Source: Fistulifera solaris
Lineage: Eukaryota
NCBI GenBank assembly: GCA_030295235.1
Contig: AP026126.1
Coordinates: 124,001-188,000 of the forward strand
Length of the DNA: 64,000 nt
Direction: 5' to 3'
This document shows positions 48,601 to 61,162 of this stretch, one piece after another (position 1 is the stretch's first letter; each line of letters starts with the position of its first letter). Made by a program: the position numbers and the translations under genes. A model generated the notes under the pieces. It was not told the origin of the DNA, did not search any database, and saw only the letters and a list, made by a program, of their open reading frames with translations.

Positions 48601-50905
48601 ATTGGACAGGGAGCTTGAAACGATTCGAGATGATCAAGCGACACTTCGCATTATCATGAAGTATCGCGAGCCCAATCGTGAATCCGATCCATCATCTTAT
48701 GCTCCAGGCAATGTGTTGCGTGTGATCAACAATGCCATTCGACAATTTAGATTAGATCGCAACAAACCCAGCGACTTGCATCCAAAGCAAGTGATTGAAA
48801 CGGTGTCATCGCTACTGGATCGATTAGTAGCTGTAGTCGGTGACGACCCGCTTTCCGTCGAAGCGCAAGCCAACGCCACGACGCTGTACCGTATTTTGAT
48901 CCGCAGTCTTCTCGCCTCGAAGCGTGTACTCAGCGAGTTCCGTCTGACTAAAGCCGCGCTCGAATGGGTTGTGGGAGAAATTGAAACACGCTTCTTTGTG
49001 GCAAAAGTGTCTCCAGGCGAAATGGCCGGTGTCTTGGCTGCCCAATCCATTGGTGAGCCTGCTACCCAGATGACATTGAACACATTTCATTATGCCGGAG
49101 TGTCAGCCAAAAATGTGACGCTTGGAGTTCCGAGATTGAAGGAAATCATCAATGTTGCAAAGGCGCCTAAGACTCCTGGCCTCACTGTTTACTTGCCTGT
49201 AATCGTGTCGTCAGACGAAAAAGTTGCCGAACTCGTAGTCAGTCTCCTGGAGTTTACTGTACTTGGTGATCTTGTCCGAAAGACTGAAATTTATTATGAT
49301 CCCGATGTAAAGAACACTGTCGTCAATGCAGATCAAGAACTTGTAAAAGATTTTTATGCATTCAGTGACATTGTGGAGGAAGAGTTGCGTCGTTTAAGTC
49401 CCTGGGTGTTGCGCATGGAACTCGACAAGGACCTTGTCTTCGTGAAGAAGCTTCAAATGAATGAAATATCGGCTCAAATTGCTGCAGAATACGGTGCCGA
49501 CTTGTTTGTTGAGATTTCCGATGACAATGCCGACATACTGGTCGTGCGAGTCCGCATCGTAAATGACGCACAAGCAGGAGAGGGAACGCAAGACGATGAC
49601 GATGAGGGTATGGTTGGCCAAGAAGATGATGTTTTTCTGAAGCGTCTCGAAAAGAGCATGCTCTCTACTCTCAAGCTAAGAGGAGTTGATCACGTCAAGA
49701 AAGTCTTTATGCGTGGCGGTGCTAAACGCAGCACTTGGAACGATGAGAAAGGCTTTGGTGTGCAAGATGAGTGGGTTCTTGAAACAGACGGCACGAACCT
49801 AATGGCAGTTCTAGGGGTTGACTACGTTGATGCTACACGCACTGTTTCGAACGACATCGTGGAAGTCTTTATGGCCCTTGGTATCGAGGGGTGTGCGCGG
49901 TGCGCTGTTGAGTGAACTTCGCAATGTAATTTCATTTGATGGCTCTTACGTCAATTACCGCCATTTGGCTTGCTTGGTGGATGTGATGACTATGCAAGGA
50001 CACCTTATGGCAATTGATCGGCACGGAATCAATCGCGTTGACAGTGGCCCACTCTTGCGTGCGTCATTCGAAGAAACGGTTGACATGTTGATGGATGCAG
50101 CTGTCTTTGCAGAAAGCGAAATTCTCAAAGGTGTTACTGAAAACATAATGATGGGACAATTGGCGCGAGTAGGTACTGGACAGATTGATTTGCTTTTGGA
50201 TGAAGAGAAGGTGGTTCGTGAAGCTGTCGAGGTGGTTGTCGATGAATTTGCGGCCGAGGATGACTTGGTGTTGCCGGTGCCGGCGGCATTGGTGGAGCCA
50301 CACCTTATGCCACTACACCATTTGCTCGTAGTCCCATGATGGGAGATGGTGGAGGCGCGACCCCATTCGGAGATGGCGCATTTAGTCCTGCGACTGGAGG
50401 AGCCAGTTTCTCACCCAGCTACTTCCCAGGCAGTGACCCATCTTCATCACCTAGCTATAGCGCCACTTCTCCCGCTTACAGCAGCTCTGCAACGAGCCCA
50501 CAGTACAGTCCAACAAGTCCGGCTTATTCTCCTACTTCGCCAGCTTATTCGGCGACTTCCTATGGGCCATCCTCATCGCCAGCATACAGCGCGACTAGTC
50601 CGGCTTATTCTGGCGCACAGTATTCACCAACAAGTCCCGCTTACAGCCCTACGAGCCCCGCATATTCTGTCCAATACAGTCCTACATCACCTGCCTACTC
50701 TCCCACAAGTCCTGCGTACAGTGCAACGCAGTTTTCCGCGACTTCCCCAGCCTATAGTCCGACGTCCCCTTCTTACTCTGTTCAATATTCACCAACAAGT
50801 CCCGCCTACAGCCCTACGAGCCCCGCATATTCCGTCCAATACAGTCCTACATCACCTGCGTACTCTCCAACAAGTCCGGCCTACTCCCCGAATCGCGAGG
50901 AGTGA
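45662..50905 (+). CDS. RPB1: RNA polymerase II largest subunit
   Basis: Exon 1 45662-45793, in-frame intron 45794-45910. [60 protein letters not shown] and a YSPTSPA CTD. Two single-base breaks (~49890, ~50267) are probably assembly errors. Confidence 0.99.
50450..50890 (+). repeat. RPB1 CTD repeats: YSPTSPA pairs separated by 4-5 aa spacers
   Basis: Translation of ORF 50336-50905. Confidence 0.95.
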
Positions 50906-51097
50906 TCGGAGGGGACGAAATAGGTCGAAATTAATTGCAGAATGGACTTGTTTTTAGAGCAACAGTTGATTAATTAGGATTTTTACGGATCGTGGCTGCA
51001 AAATTGCCATTCTAGTTCAAGTAGAGCAGCATCGAACGGATGACGGTTCTACCAAAGATCTCCACTTTATAGTAGCAAAGTGCTGGTTCGTGCGCTC

Positions 51098-51351
51098 CTT
51101 GACTGAATTTCAGTCACGATCGAAAGAAGTAAAACAGATCACACGGCAACAACAAAGTCCACAATACTAGCACTAAGTGTATGATCAGATGTACGGGCCT
51201 TGACCGTGATGCTACGAGTAACCATCATTATTCTAAACGTAATGTATTGTTTCTTGACTCCGAAAGCTTCGGTGACGGGCAGCCTCACTATACCTGGTAA
51301 GATCAAAGTGTTCACACTCGCCCTGCTTGACTGAATTTCAGCCACGATCGA
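51098..51351. repeat. Two direct copies (51098-51123, 51326-51351) of a 26-bp element containing the dyad TGACTGAA-T-TTCAGTCA
   Basis: 25/26 identity; the first copy holds a perfect 8-1-8 inverted repeat. Confidence 0.85.
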
Positions 51352-51600
51352 GATATGGTAACCGTAAGGAACAAAGAACCCAATGTTTTTTAAAAGTCAT
51401 TGCATTTCGTAAAGATTAATCTAGTTAAGATTTTTACAGCTGATTCTAAGGATCATCTAGTTTCATTCTCAGCTTGTTTCATTGAGAAAATCCTCCGCAG
51501 TAAAGCAAAACAGTAGATGCACCATTTAACATTCGGTTCTTCAATTGATAAATGTAGCTTGACATTGAATATTTTTAAAATCCAAGCCCACATAACAGAC

Positions 51601-52290
51601 CTATGAGCCTCGGCTGCTTGTTACGTTCCTTCGAGCGGCATTGTACAGGGTTGTCAAACGTTTACGGTAGAACTTCCTCTCGTCTTGGCCCCGAATGAAT
51701 AGCTCGCAAAATTTGTTGTTTGAGAAAGAACCGATACCGAATGATGGAAGGATACGTAAGCCACGTGCAAATGAAAGCGATCGGCAGTCGTCGCTTCGGG
51801 AAAATTGAAATAGTCCATCGCATGGATGTGTAAAGGAGCGGTCAATATTTGAGCACTCATGGGTATCGCTAACGCCATGGTCAATTCCGCCGTATTTCGT
51901 TCCCAGCCTCGCTCATAATCTAATTACTTGGCTACACTCGGGGCCGCGTAGAATGTAGCATACATGGTAGCCGTGTCGCGTGCGGCAAACAGGCCGAACG
52001 TTCGTAACGGAGTTTTTGCGTTTCGCAGTCTCAGAACAACCCAAAACTTTGGCAAATACGGAATCTCTCCACGCCAATAAAGAAATATTCGCCACAGCCG
52101 ATGCCGCAACCTTTCTTTGCTTGCGTGCTTCGTCGTTGCGTATCTTTTGAACATCTAAAAACATATCGGAAAGATTCGCAACAGCATGTGTACCGAAGTA
52201 GACGGCAAACTTTAAACGGAACGACAAACCTCCGAAGAATACGCGCGGCTTTGCTACCATCTCGTGAGTAGCATTCCTAATCGCGGTGAG
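51601..52290 (-). pseudogene. Disrupted mitochondrial membrane protein gene (S. pombe C365.16-like family)
   Basis: LLAWRDSVFA, GLFAARDTATM..TF..P, QILTAPLHIHAMDYFN and ARGLRILPSFGIG lie in shifting frames, with an in-frame TAA (~51924) and an apparent deletion near 51775. 5' end unclear. Confidence 0.55.
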
Positions 52291-52670
52291 AAATATATCT
52301 GGTAAACCGAAACGTCGGCTTCACAAGTTGTTGGCAAATTGTGAAGCGTTCTATTGTGTTTACGTACGATTCTGCTGAAATGAATCACTATTCAATGTTT
52401 TTCTTCATTTTATTTTCTATTTTGGAAATAATGATGATGGACATGGGTGATGGCGAACGGCGAGTGGGGACTTCGATGGTGGAGGACCTGAACCGGTGGT
52501 CACAATGGCACCCGCAAAGTCCATTTTTTTCTCGTTTTTCCCCTTTCAGATCGATGAATGGCCTAGGCATTAGAAGGAAATTAGGGAATAAAAATAATTA
52601 GGATAGTTTCGATTGAAAAAAAAGAACGAAAGAGAATGGTTGCAACAATATCACTTTAAATACAGTCTAC

Positions 52671-53951
52671 ATGAGAAAGCCGTGTCATTTGTGGTGCCTG
52701 CCATTTGCGGCTGTCCTCGCACTGGCCTACAAACATCCCCAATGTGACCGTGCGCACCGGGCACAATTCCAATTTCCAGACTGCTACGTTCCTGCACACG
52801 CGGACTCTATTCTAATCCACGAAGCATCATTTTTGATGAGTCACGATGCTGCAACGGGATATATTCGTCCGGGCGATCGCTCCAAACAAGGACTGGCGTG
52901 GTCTTACGCCAAAAACCAAGTAGGGTCGGTTTATCAACAACTCAACGATGGCGCACGCGCTTTGGATCTTCGACCGAAGTTACTTGCCAACGGCACAATT
53001 ATCTTTCAGCATGGTTCGCTTATCAATATACCCGTTACTTTCGAGCAGGTGGTATCGGAGGTGGTCCAGTGGTGCGGCGAGAGCAATAATAAAGATGAGC
53101 TGGTATTAATTTTGCCGAGCAATTTCTTGTACGAACATGACCCCTCCTCGTCCGAATCGGCTACGACGTCAATGTACTCTGCAATGAAAAATGTTTACGA
53201 CAAGTTTGGAGTCACCTATCTTCATTGCAACGCGGTATACGGTCTGACAATAGGGCAAGTCAAGGAATTATCCCTTCTAGCTTCTGGGGGCTATTTGCTG
53301 GCGCTGGATGGACAGGATTATGGCGGTACTTTCTGCGGAAAATCCAATTGGATAAGAGAACAAATTGTCACATGCTGGGGAGGGTCCTCAAATTCGCCAA
53401 CAGGGAAATCTTGTCGAACTTCTCAGGCGCCACTGCAAGATTTATTTACCTATGTTCTTGCAAGTTCCAACAACCCTTCTACGGATGACGTGAACACTCT
53501 TGGTCCACCGAATGATCGTTTTAATTATCCCCTGAACGAGATTCAAGCCCTTTGGCAGGTAGACACTCGCTCTGCCGCTAAAGGCCTTGCTCATTTTTCA
53601 TCAATCTTAGAAGACAATCGACAATCTCAGGTCAATCGACACCTGGTGGAGTTGATCCATAGTGGTCAATTTCAAGTTCCAATCTCCATATTTGCCGTGG
53701 ACAATCTTGCGCTACATGGCAATGCACTCTTGTCAGTACTACGAACGGCTTGTGGTCAGTCGGATCTAGATTTTTGTGGCGTAGAGCTAGAAGCTCCTCG
53801 TATCAATTATGTGCATTTGTCGACGCGTCAACTTGTGCGGCTTGGCTTATCTGTTTACTTGGTTTGGTTAGTATTTTGGCTAGGATTGAAACTCAAAAAT
53901 TCTCGTTTACAAAGAACGTTTGTATCAAAGTTCCAGCGGCATCAAAAGTAG
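52671..53951 (+). CDS. Secreted/membrane-anchored PI-PLC-X-like phosphodiesterase
   Basis: Signal peptide; SHDAATGY, NQVGSVYQQLNDGARALDLRP, FQHG; C-terminal TM followed by a basic tail. Confidence 0.8.
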   Translation: MRKPCHLWCLPFAAVLALAYKHPQCDRAHRAQFQFPDCYVPAHADSILIHEASFLMSHDAATGYIRPGDRSKQGLAWSYAKNQVGSVYQQLNDGARALDLRPKLLANGTIIFQHGSLINIPVTFEQVVSEVVQWCGESNNKDELVLILPSNFLYEHDPSSSESATTSMYSAMKNVYDKFGVTYLHCNAVYGLTIGQVKELSLLASGGYLLALDGQDYGGTFCGKSNWIREQIVTCWGGSSNSPTGKSCRTSQAPLQDLFTYVLASSNNPSTDDVNTLGPPNDRFNYPLNEIQALWQVDTRSAAKGLAHFSSILEDNRQSQVNRHLVELIHSGQFQVPISIFAVDNLALHGNALLSVLRTACGQSDLDFCGVELEAPRINYVHLSTRQLVRLGLSVYLVWLVFWLGLKLKNSRLQRTFVSKFQRHQK

Positions 53952-54111
53952 TTAATCATTGCGAACAAAGTCCCGAGACTCCTAAAACAGCTACACTGTC
54001 ATGGAGGTCTTCGAGCGGCCTCTTGACATGATATTCTAGGTGAATATTGATTCGTTCATCGAACACAAATCATAAGGGTCAAATAGAAAAAATCTATAAA
54101 TGCATTATCGA

Positions 54112-54830
54112 TTAAGCTGTCGCCATCTCGATCTCGTGAAATGTCGACAATGCATCTAGAACATTAATGCTCGAACTCCAGCTATTGACGACGGCTTTGA
54201 GACGCTGATAATAACGTGGATCATAAAAATTTCCCTTGTCCATGATGACATAATCACCTCCTCTAGCCTTAACAGCGGCATTGATCTCTTTTGTGTGAAG
54301 TTTCTTGTTGATTTTGTGCGATACCTTAGTCCACGGGCCCAACGGGACTTGTTGAAAGGTCGGGTCATCGACTTCCCAAAATGGTTCGGTACCGTTCTGA
54401 TAGCCACGATAACTCGGATAGAGCAGGCAAAGACCGGCATTGTCTGAGAAAATGTACGCATCATCGTAGACATCAAATGAATAAGGAAGGTTTTCTTTCG
54501 CCGGTCCAATGTTGAAAGCTAGCATGCCGTAACCACATGGAATTGTGAACTCGCGGCGATAGTAACGGCCTTCCCCAGTGTCTTCTGTCAAATACTCAAC
54601 AGTACCGTGATGAAGCTTTTTGGGATGGGGCGGGTGAATTTTCTTTGCAAAGGGACCAAGTGCAGTCTGATAGGTGAGTGGCTACAAGAGCATGATAGGA
54701 GAGACATGCCTAGAGCTGCAGTAATGACAGTCAAGAGAAGCAAACGTCCAACGCGAATCGTTCTAGTTAAAGAGCGCGGAGGCTCGTTCTGCAGCGGTTG
54801 CTTCAAGGGAAGAAAAGATTCGTCGCCCAT
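54112..54830 (-). CDS. Hypothetical type II membrane protein
   Basis: ORF 54588-54830 with a signal anchor joins globular ORF 54112-54591 through one frameshift near 54610. Confidence 0.55.
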
Positions 54831-55399
54831 GGTTTCTTATTTCGATTAACGGTAAATGAGACACGTAAATATATTACCGTGATGATGTGTGCGCCGTATT
54901 GCAATGTTCTTATAACTTTTCTATAACTCTCACCTCTTAATTTTTGTAACGGACCGCAGTCTTTCATTTTTTGGTGTCAGAAAATCTTCAACGGACGAGC
55001 AGCGCGGAGGGAGGTGCGAGGTGCGCTTTTTGTCGATACTAGTACCGGTAGGAGATTAAACAAAGTTTCATTTATCTGAAAATTCGAAGTTCCGTCATAC
55101 AAAATGCGATGGCGATTTCTCATTCAAATCTCAGTCATCACCGTGGCCCAACATGCGGTCCTTGAGAGTGGCAAGTCCAAAGGGAGAGTCGTACGTCAAC
55201 TACCAGCTATGCATCAAGCATTAGTTTCGACGTACATCTCAGGCTTAGACCTTACTTCAAGCTTATTTCGATGGTTAACTTCCCAAACACCCAGTTGAGC
55301 TCTGTAAAAACGAACATTGATTTAACTAGTGTTCATACATAATACCGAAGCCATTCCGCATCCAAAGGAACGATATTACTCGGAGTTATTAGTTAAAAC

Positions 55400-56646
55400 C
55401 TAAGATCCATCTTGAAGAGAACGTCGAATAGCTTCAGCGATCATTTCTTCTTCTGTCATTTGCTCATCAGAGGCTCCTTCCTCCTGGTTGGCGGCAGTTC
55501 TATTACGTGCATTGTTTGCAATGAAATTGTTAAAGGAAGGCGGCATGTCACCAAAAAGGCCACCTCCGGCAAAATCCGCTGCTCTTTGTTGCATTTGCTG
55601 CCGCATAGCAGGATCCTGCATCGCCTGACTGACTTGCTGCAAGAGTGCCGGGTTGTTCAACATTTGTTCCATGTACGGATTATTTCTAAAACGTGGATCG
55701 TTTCGAATCATGTTTTGAACCATAGGGTCCTGTAGGTAATTTTCTTATTAAAACAAGCTCAAGCGGGTAATTCGAACAAAAATAAACGTACCTGCAACAT
55801 TGCTTGCAATGCGGCTGGATTTGACATAAAATCAGAAGGTATCTGATCAAAATTGAAGGGCAAGTTCGGACTAGACCCCATAGTCGGAGGCACAGGGGAA
55901 GGAGTCGGAGCCGCTGATAAAGCCTGCGCTTGACGAACCACTGCTTGTAAGGTGCCATGCGTTGCAACTAATTTTGGCCACGCTTCAGCACTCGCTTGCA
56001 GAGCATAATATTCCATTCCATCTCTGAATTCTACAATGAACCCGGCTGCTTTCATGAGCTCATCTCCGCCTCTCTTTCCCCCTAGTTTTCGTTGAAATGC
56101 AACGTTGGACTTTTTCAAAGAGCGATACTTTTCTTCCATGGGTTGTGTTACAATATTAGACACAATCTTTTCTAATGTTTGAACCGCGGTCAAATAATCT
56201 GCCGGAGATAGACCGGCACGTAGCGTTGCTAAGGCGGCTTGAAGAGGATCAGCCGTCGAATCGGGGACTGATACAGACGCCGATGGGAATGCATTGAAGG
56301 AAAGTCTACTGGCTGGTAGCGCCGCTGCTGCAGAAGCTACGTTACTTGTGGTCGCTGTTTGGCTCGATGCTGCGCCTTCCGCAGTAGACGCTGCGGGCGC
56401 CGGTTTACCCATGCAGTGAAGAACGCTACCGTCTTCTAGTTTAAATTCAGAAACAGCAAGTTGCGTGTCGTTATTCGCAATGATGCGGCCTCTGAAGATG
56501 AGTTTGAGCGTTTCAAGAGGGATTTTTGTGGCTTCCGCGACTTGTTGTCGAAGCTGCGTGGATGTAATTGATGGTTCTATTGTGAGAGGAACTTTGGGTG
56601 CGCCATCGGTACCTGTAATGGTTAATTGAATTGTTAAGGCTGACAT
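55400..56646 (-). CDS. Ubiquitin-like + PUB + STI1-like + UIM protein
   Basis: LKLIFRGRII...LEDGSVLHC (UBL); LEKIVSNIV.QPMEEKYRSLKKSN..F..KL...ELMKAAGF (PUB); MLNNPALLQQ (STI1); TEEEMIAEAIRRSL (UIM). Intron 55730-55791. Confidence 0.85.
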
Positions 56647-57040
56647 TAAGCAAGGTTGGTAGCTTAGAAAGAAAGATAATGCTTTTGTTTGATGCCAATA
56701 GCCTTTTCTACTTGCTGCAATGCTCCGCTGCTCCGCTACGCTACGCTGCTTTATTTGCCGCGTCTGGCCTCTGGCCGCGAATGAATTCGTTCGCAAAAAA
56801 GAAACGTGACGTCAAACGTGTGATTGCAACGGAGAATAGACTTTACCAGATGATATTCTTTACTTTGTACTGTGTGTACTACTTTCGTACAAGCGTGAAC
56901 AGCCACACAAATAGTAGCAGTAGTATGGTCTAGCTAGGTTTTGGAATTACCTCGTTACATCCTTCTGAACACTCGTTTTTGGTTGTAAATTGAAAAACCT
57001 ATCGATCTTCCTCGAAGTTGATGTGATAAAAGACCATAGG

Positions 57041-58875
57041 CTAAACAACAAACCCGTATGCGGGGCGAATCTGCGTACTCATATCTGGAAACACACTCGT
57101 CCACGATTCAACCATTTCCCGGGTAAGAGAGGGGTGCTGTGTTTCAACAACTGCCGGCGAATCCGCCCAGCATACTATTAGCGTATTCACCGCTCCCTTT
57201 ATCACATTCATCATCACAGATGACACCCACAACCCAATAATGAGCCCGATCCTTTTAAGTCGAAAACAACCGTTTAGAATTCAACATACACTTTAACTAG
57301 CCAGACCTTAGAAGCTAGGTACTTACCCAAACGTTGCATACTTGTTCAGGCCGAGATAAGAAGGACCAGAGTCGGCGGAATGATTTGTGTCATGATATCG
57401 ACTCGAGACAAGTTGCTCCACCAACATTGCCACAATCCCAGTAAGAACGCCCACGAAAACAGTCGATGCGTTTAATACATATACCACCAAGTTATCCGTG
57501 ATAATCGTTGTCCATCCCCGAGCATGGAAGAGCTCTAACACTCTTCGACCACTTTCTAAGTATGAAAACCCATATATTCCCACAAACACATACGCCCACT
57601 GGTTGAAATAGTTCAAAATATCTTCAAAAAGTCTCGCCAAGCACTCGAGTACGCACAAATAGATGGACCCACAAAAGAATCCTCGGCATTATCTCGCTGG
57701 TTTCGAGCGCTCTCGACAAGGCAGCGGAACACACTAACAATTGCTTGAAGAAGTGACCCGAAACAGATGGACCCGAAAGCGTAGGTCAGAGATCGGAAGA
57801 GCGACCCGAAAACAGCAGAACTGCAGCAATTGCTTGCTTCGTCTTTATCAAAGCACCACGTAGCCATAACTCCAGCTACTGTCACTTGAATTGTGTTCTG
57901 GAAAACGTGTTAGCAAAGATAAGCGAGCAAAATTACGGATGATAGGTTGTCTCTCAAGAATCTTACCATGACGACAGTGCTAGTCCAGTACAGAGACAAT
58001 AAGAAGAGAAAGAAAGCCAGAGATGACGGATCACATGTATCGTCATAGTCATCGGCTGTAATATCGTCAAAGTCTGCCCCCGGATGAGCTACTTGACAAT
58101 TTTGGGTTTGATAGGAAAATACACCTACCACGGTGTAAAACCAAAACACCAACCAAATCAGACCCAATTGTGTAATGAAGCAAGCAACAATGTAGATTCC
58201 CCAATTTTGGCTCATCCCTCTGAGCGCAATTTTTAGATTCACTGCTGCAAACGGCACCATCCGCCAGGCTAAACGAACGTAGTACGTCACCGCCAACATC
58301 GCGACAAACAGCATAAAGGATAAAGCCAGCGACTTGCTCGTGATGATGGAAATGAGTAACAGTACGGCTGATGTGGCAAATGACCCGATCAAGCATCCGT
58401 AAACAACGGTCAGCGGAAAAGGCCGAAGGATAAAGAAAGTTGTTCCAAGAGCGATGACAAACGCAACGAAGCAGCCTGGAACAACCGAATAATGGAGGAT
58501 TCGAGATGGATAAATGTGCATATATTCTGTTGCTTGCTTCACAAACTCTTCGAATTTTTGAATATCTTCTTCCTTGATACCATCATCCCCCTTTCGCATC
58601 TCCTCCTCGAGCGGGGCGAAATCGAACTTCATATCTGCATAGCCACGAGGTGCTACCGAAAGGCCCAGGTAAAGCATCACAGCAATATGGAGCCAAAATA
58701 ATACGCCAAAGAACATATCTTGGAATTGGGGTGGCGAGGGTGCGCTGGCTTCCAGCATGGAGACATGCTCATCAGCTGCATCGATCGTGACAACCGGAAC
58801 TGCGCCGTAACTCGTCATATTCGCCGAAGAAATTACTAAGGGAGGATTTACTTCATCGTCAACTTTGTGATTCAT
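57041..58875 (-). CDS. Choline-transporter-like protein (CTL/SLC44/Pns1 family)
   Basis: FQDMFFGVLF, multiple TMs, SLYWT, VTVAGVMATW, RSLTYAFGSICFGSLL, YFNQWAYVFVGIYGFSYLESG, RGWTTIITDNL, VCWADSP. Introns 57898-57966 and 57252-57326; frameshift near 57660. Confidence 0.93.
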
Positions 58876-59200
58876 TCTTTAGCAAGGGCTGTGGGGAGAA
58901 TAAAACGCCGTTTTCAAAAGAAATGAACGGAGCTTTTTAAAGATTTCATTCGTGAAACGTCATGGTTGCGTTTCATGATGTCGATGTCAAACCAACGTTT
59001 CGTCATGCCCTACCGGTACCCGTTTCGCAATTCCCATCTACGCACTATGCACATAAAACCAAGGAAATCATCATCGCGTCTCATAAGGAATAGATAAATG
59101 ATTTACATTCTTCGTTATGATGGTCAATAGTCGAAAAGCACTCGCATGGTATGGTCACCTTGGCTGACAGCTGAATTGATTGGGCTCGAAAAGTAAATTC

Positions 59201-60391
59201 TTATAGAAGAAAAGCGAACAACCAACTGAAAGACAAGACGGTTCCCCAAACGAAGCTCCCTTTATCAGCTGCACTCGACAATACCGAGTCAACCGCTGTT
59301 GGACTGTTGTTACTCGAGGGAGAATTGGTGCTGGTGGACTCGGAAACTGGAGCTGGTGTAGGTAAGGATACAGGAACGGGTGGATTTGTCGGTGCGACGA
59401 ACGGCATGTTTTGAAAGGACAGCCATTGTTGCTCACAAGCGAATTGCGTGGCTGTTTCACTCAAGCATGCAGGTTCATCGGATTCATCAGTGGTCAAAGT
59501 GTTTCCAGAATCTTGCCATTCTCGTACAGACGGTCCTTCGTATAAGTGACTCGCAAAACCGTGCGACCGGAGAACGACGATGGCATTCGCAGCCGATTCA
59601 CCATAAACGACTACCGAACAGCGGAAGCACGGCTCGAAGGATGCTAGCTTTTCTTCTACATTATCGAAGGAAAGAGGACCAACGAGTGTAGCACCGGATA
59701 TGTGTCCTCCCGAAAAGTCTTAATTGCAGTGATCAGATGCGAATGTTGTTTTCCAGAATGCAGAACTGTAGGGCCACTTACCTTCCCGTACGTCCAAAAG
59801 GACACCGACGTCTCCATTTTCTTTAATTCGCATGAGTTGCTCCGCACTCAAGCGACGGGATTCATCAAGCCGACCATAAGTCGGAGAGAGCGACATTGCA
59901 GCTGTTGGCGATGGTGACGGTAAAGCAGGCGTAGTAGGAGCAGGCACACCAGAACAAGCGATAGACTCTACTCCCGTGCATGGTGGAATCACAGAGTCTG
60001 TACCCTCTTCCATCACAAATTGCTGCGACTTCCACGCATCGATTCCTCCTTCGAAAAGATAGAGATTGGTAAATCCAGCTTCCGTAAGAAACTCGAGGGC
60101 AACTCTTGATCGTGCACCGTTGCTGTCATAGACCACGATCGGACAGCTCTCGCATCCAGATAGATCTGCAGGCGTGGCAACTTGAGCAGCATTACCAAGT
60201 GACGCCAAATTTTCTAGAAGCGTACTATTAGGAATGTGCCCGTTCTCGTATTCCCGACTGGTACGAACATCCACTAGGATGTTATAACGACCATCGTTGA
60301 CTCCATCGGCAAACTCTTGGAGCGACAAGTCGACAAAAGTGGCACTAACGCATTGCAGCAGCAAGAAAAGTGACGAAAGGGCATTTCGGAG
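59201..60391 (-). CDS. Signal-peptide, double rhodanese-like domain protein with Pro/Ser/Thr stalk and hydrophobic C-terminus
   Basis: LVDVRTSREYENGHIPNS, VVYDSNGARS, GFTNLYLFEGGIDAW. Intron 59719-59781 joins a second domain, LLDVREDFSGGHISGA...PCFRCSVVVYG. Confidence 0.85.
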
Positions 60392-61162
60392 CATTGTTAG
60401 CTGCGTTTTCTTCACTTTCACGAGTCAATGGGTCGAACAACCGATGATGATTGTTTGGAGGCAACAATGGATTCGACCGTTTGGAAGGATGACGGCTGGT
60501 GTGCAGTTTTGTCATTTCAAGCTTTGCATTTATTGGCTACCTCATCAACACATACTAATTATCCCACTCTCTGAACGTTTTGATTTTGGCGTATGGAAGA
60601 AAAAAGAATCATCCAAAGGACCGTCGATGTTGACTCTATGTTCTGAAAGTAGCGCGCATTCTTTATTTGGTGACCGTTGCACGATAATGGAAGAAGAACG
60701 TTCTAGTATCAAAAACAAGTGCACGAGTTAGTACGATATTCAAAAACACAAATTCAAAATCTGACCCTTAAGTGGAAAACAAATTTATGTACACATCATC
60801 ACACAGTGACTACGCCGAGTGCCGCGTGCCGCGTGCTGAACGAAGAATAAGTGCGCGACAGAGAAGACCACTCCTAAATCGTTAAGTACTATAGACAAGA
60901 CAACCTATTTATAGAACAAAAATGGCGCTTCAACGGAAATTAATCTTACGATTGATTAAGCAGGTCCCTGCACAGCTTGTTTCCTTTATATGATAAACGA
61001 TGTGCTTGTATGATACAAATTCTGCCACCAACCACGCCGACACAAGACAAAACACGATGCGAGACTTTTTTATGTCAGTCCAGTCGCTTTGCATTTTGAC
61101 CCCCAAAAGACCAAATTATCGATACAACTGTTTATCATTATTGCTGAAGAGTGTCCGCAAAA

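Noticed and set aside
49860..50340. Frameshifts in RPB1 and many other host genes as programmed recoding or pseudogenes
   Set aside because: They are single-base breaks, mostly in short homopolymers, across unrelated genes including an essential one. Assembly error is the simplest explanation.
51280..51320. U1/U2 snRNA-like words (ATACCTGG, TAAGATCAAAGTG)
   Set aside because: They lack the U1 ACTTACCTG and U2 GTAGTA signatures and the expected downstream structure.
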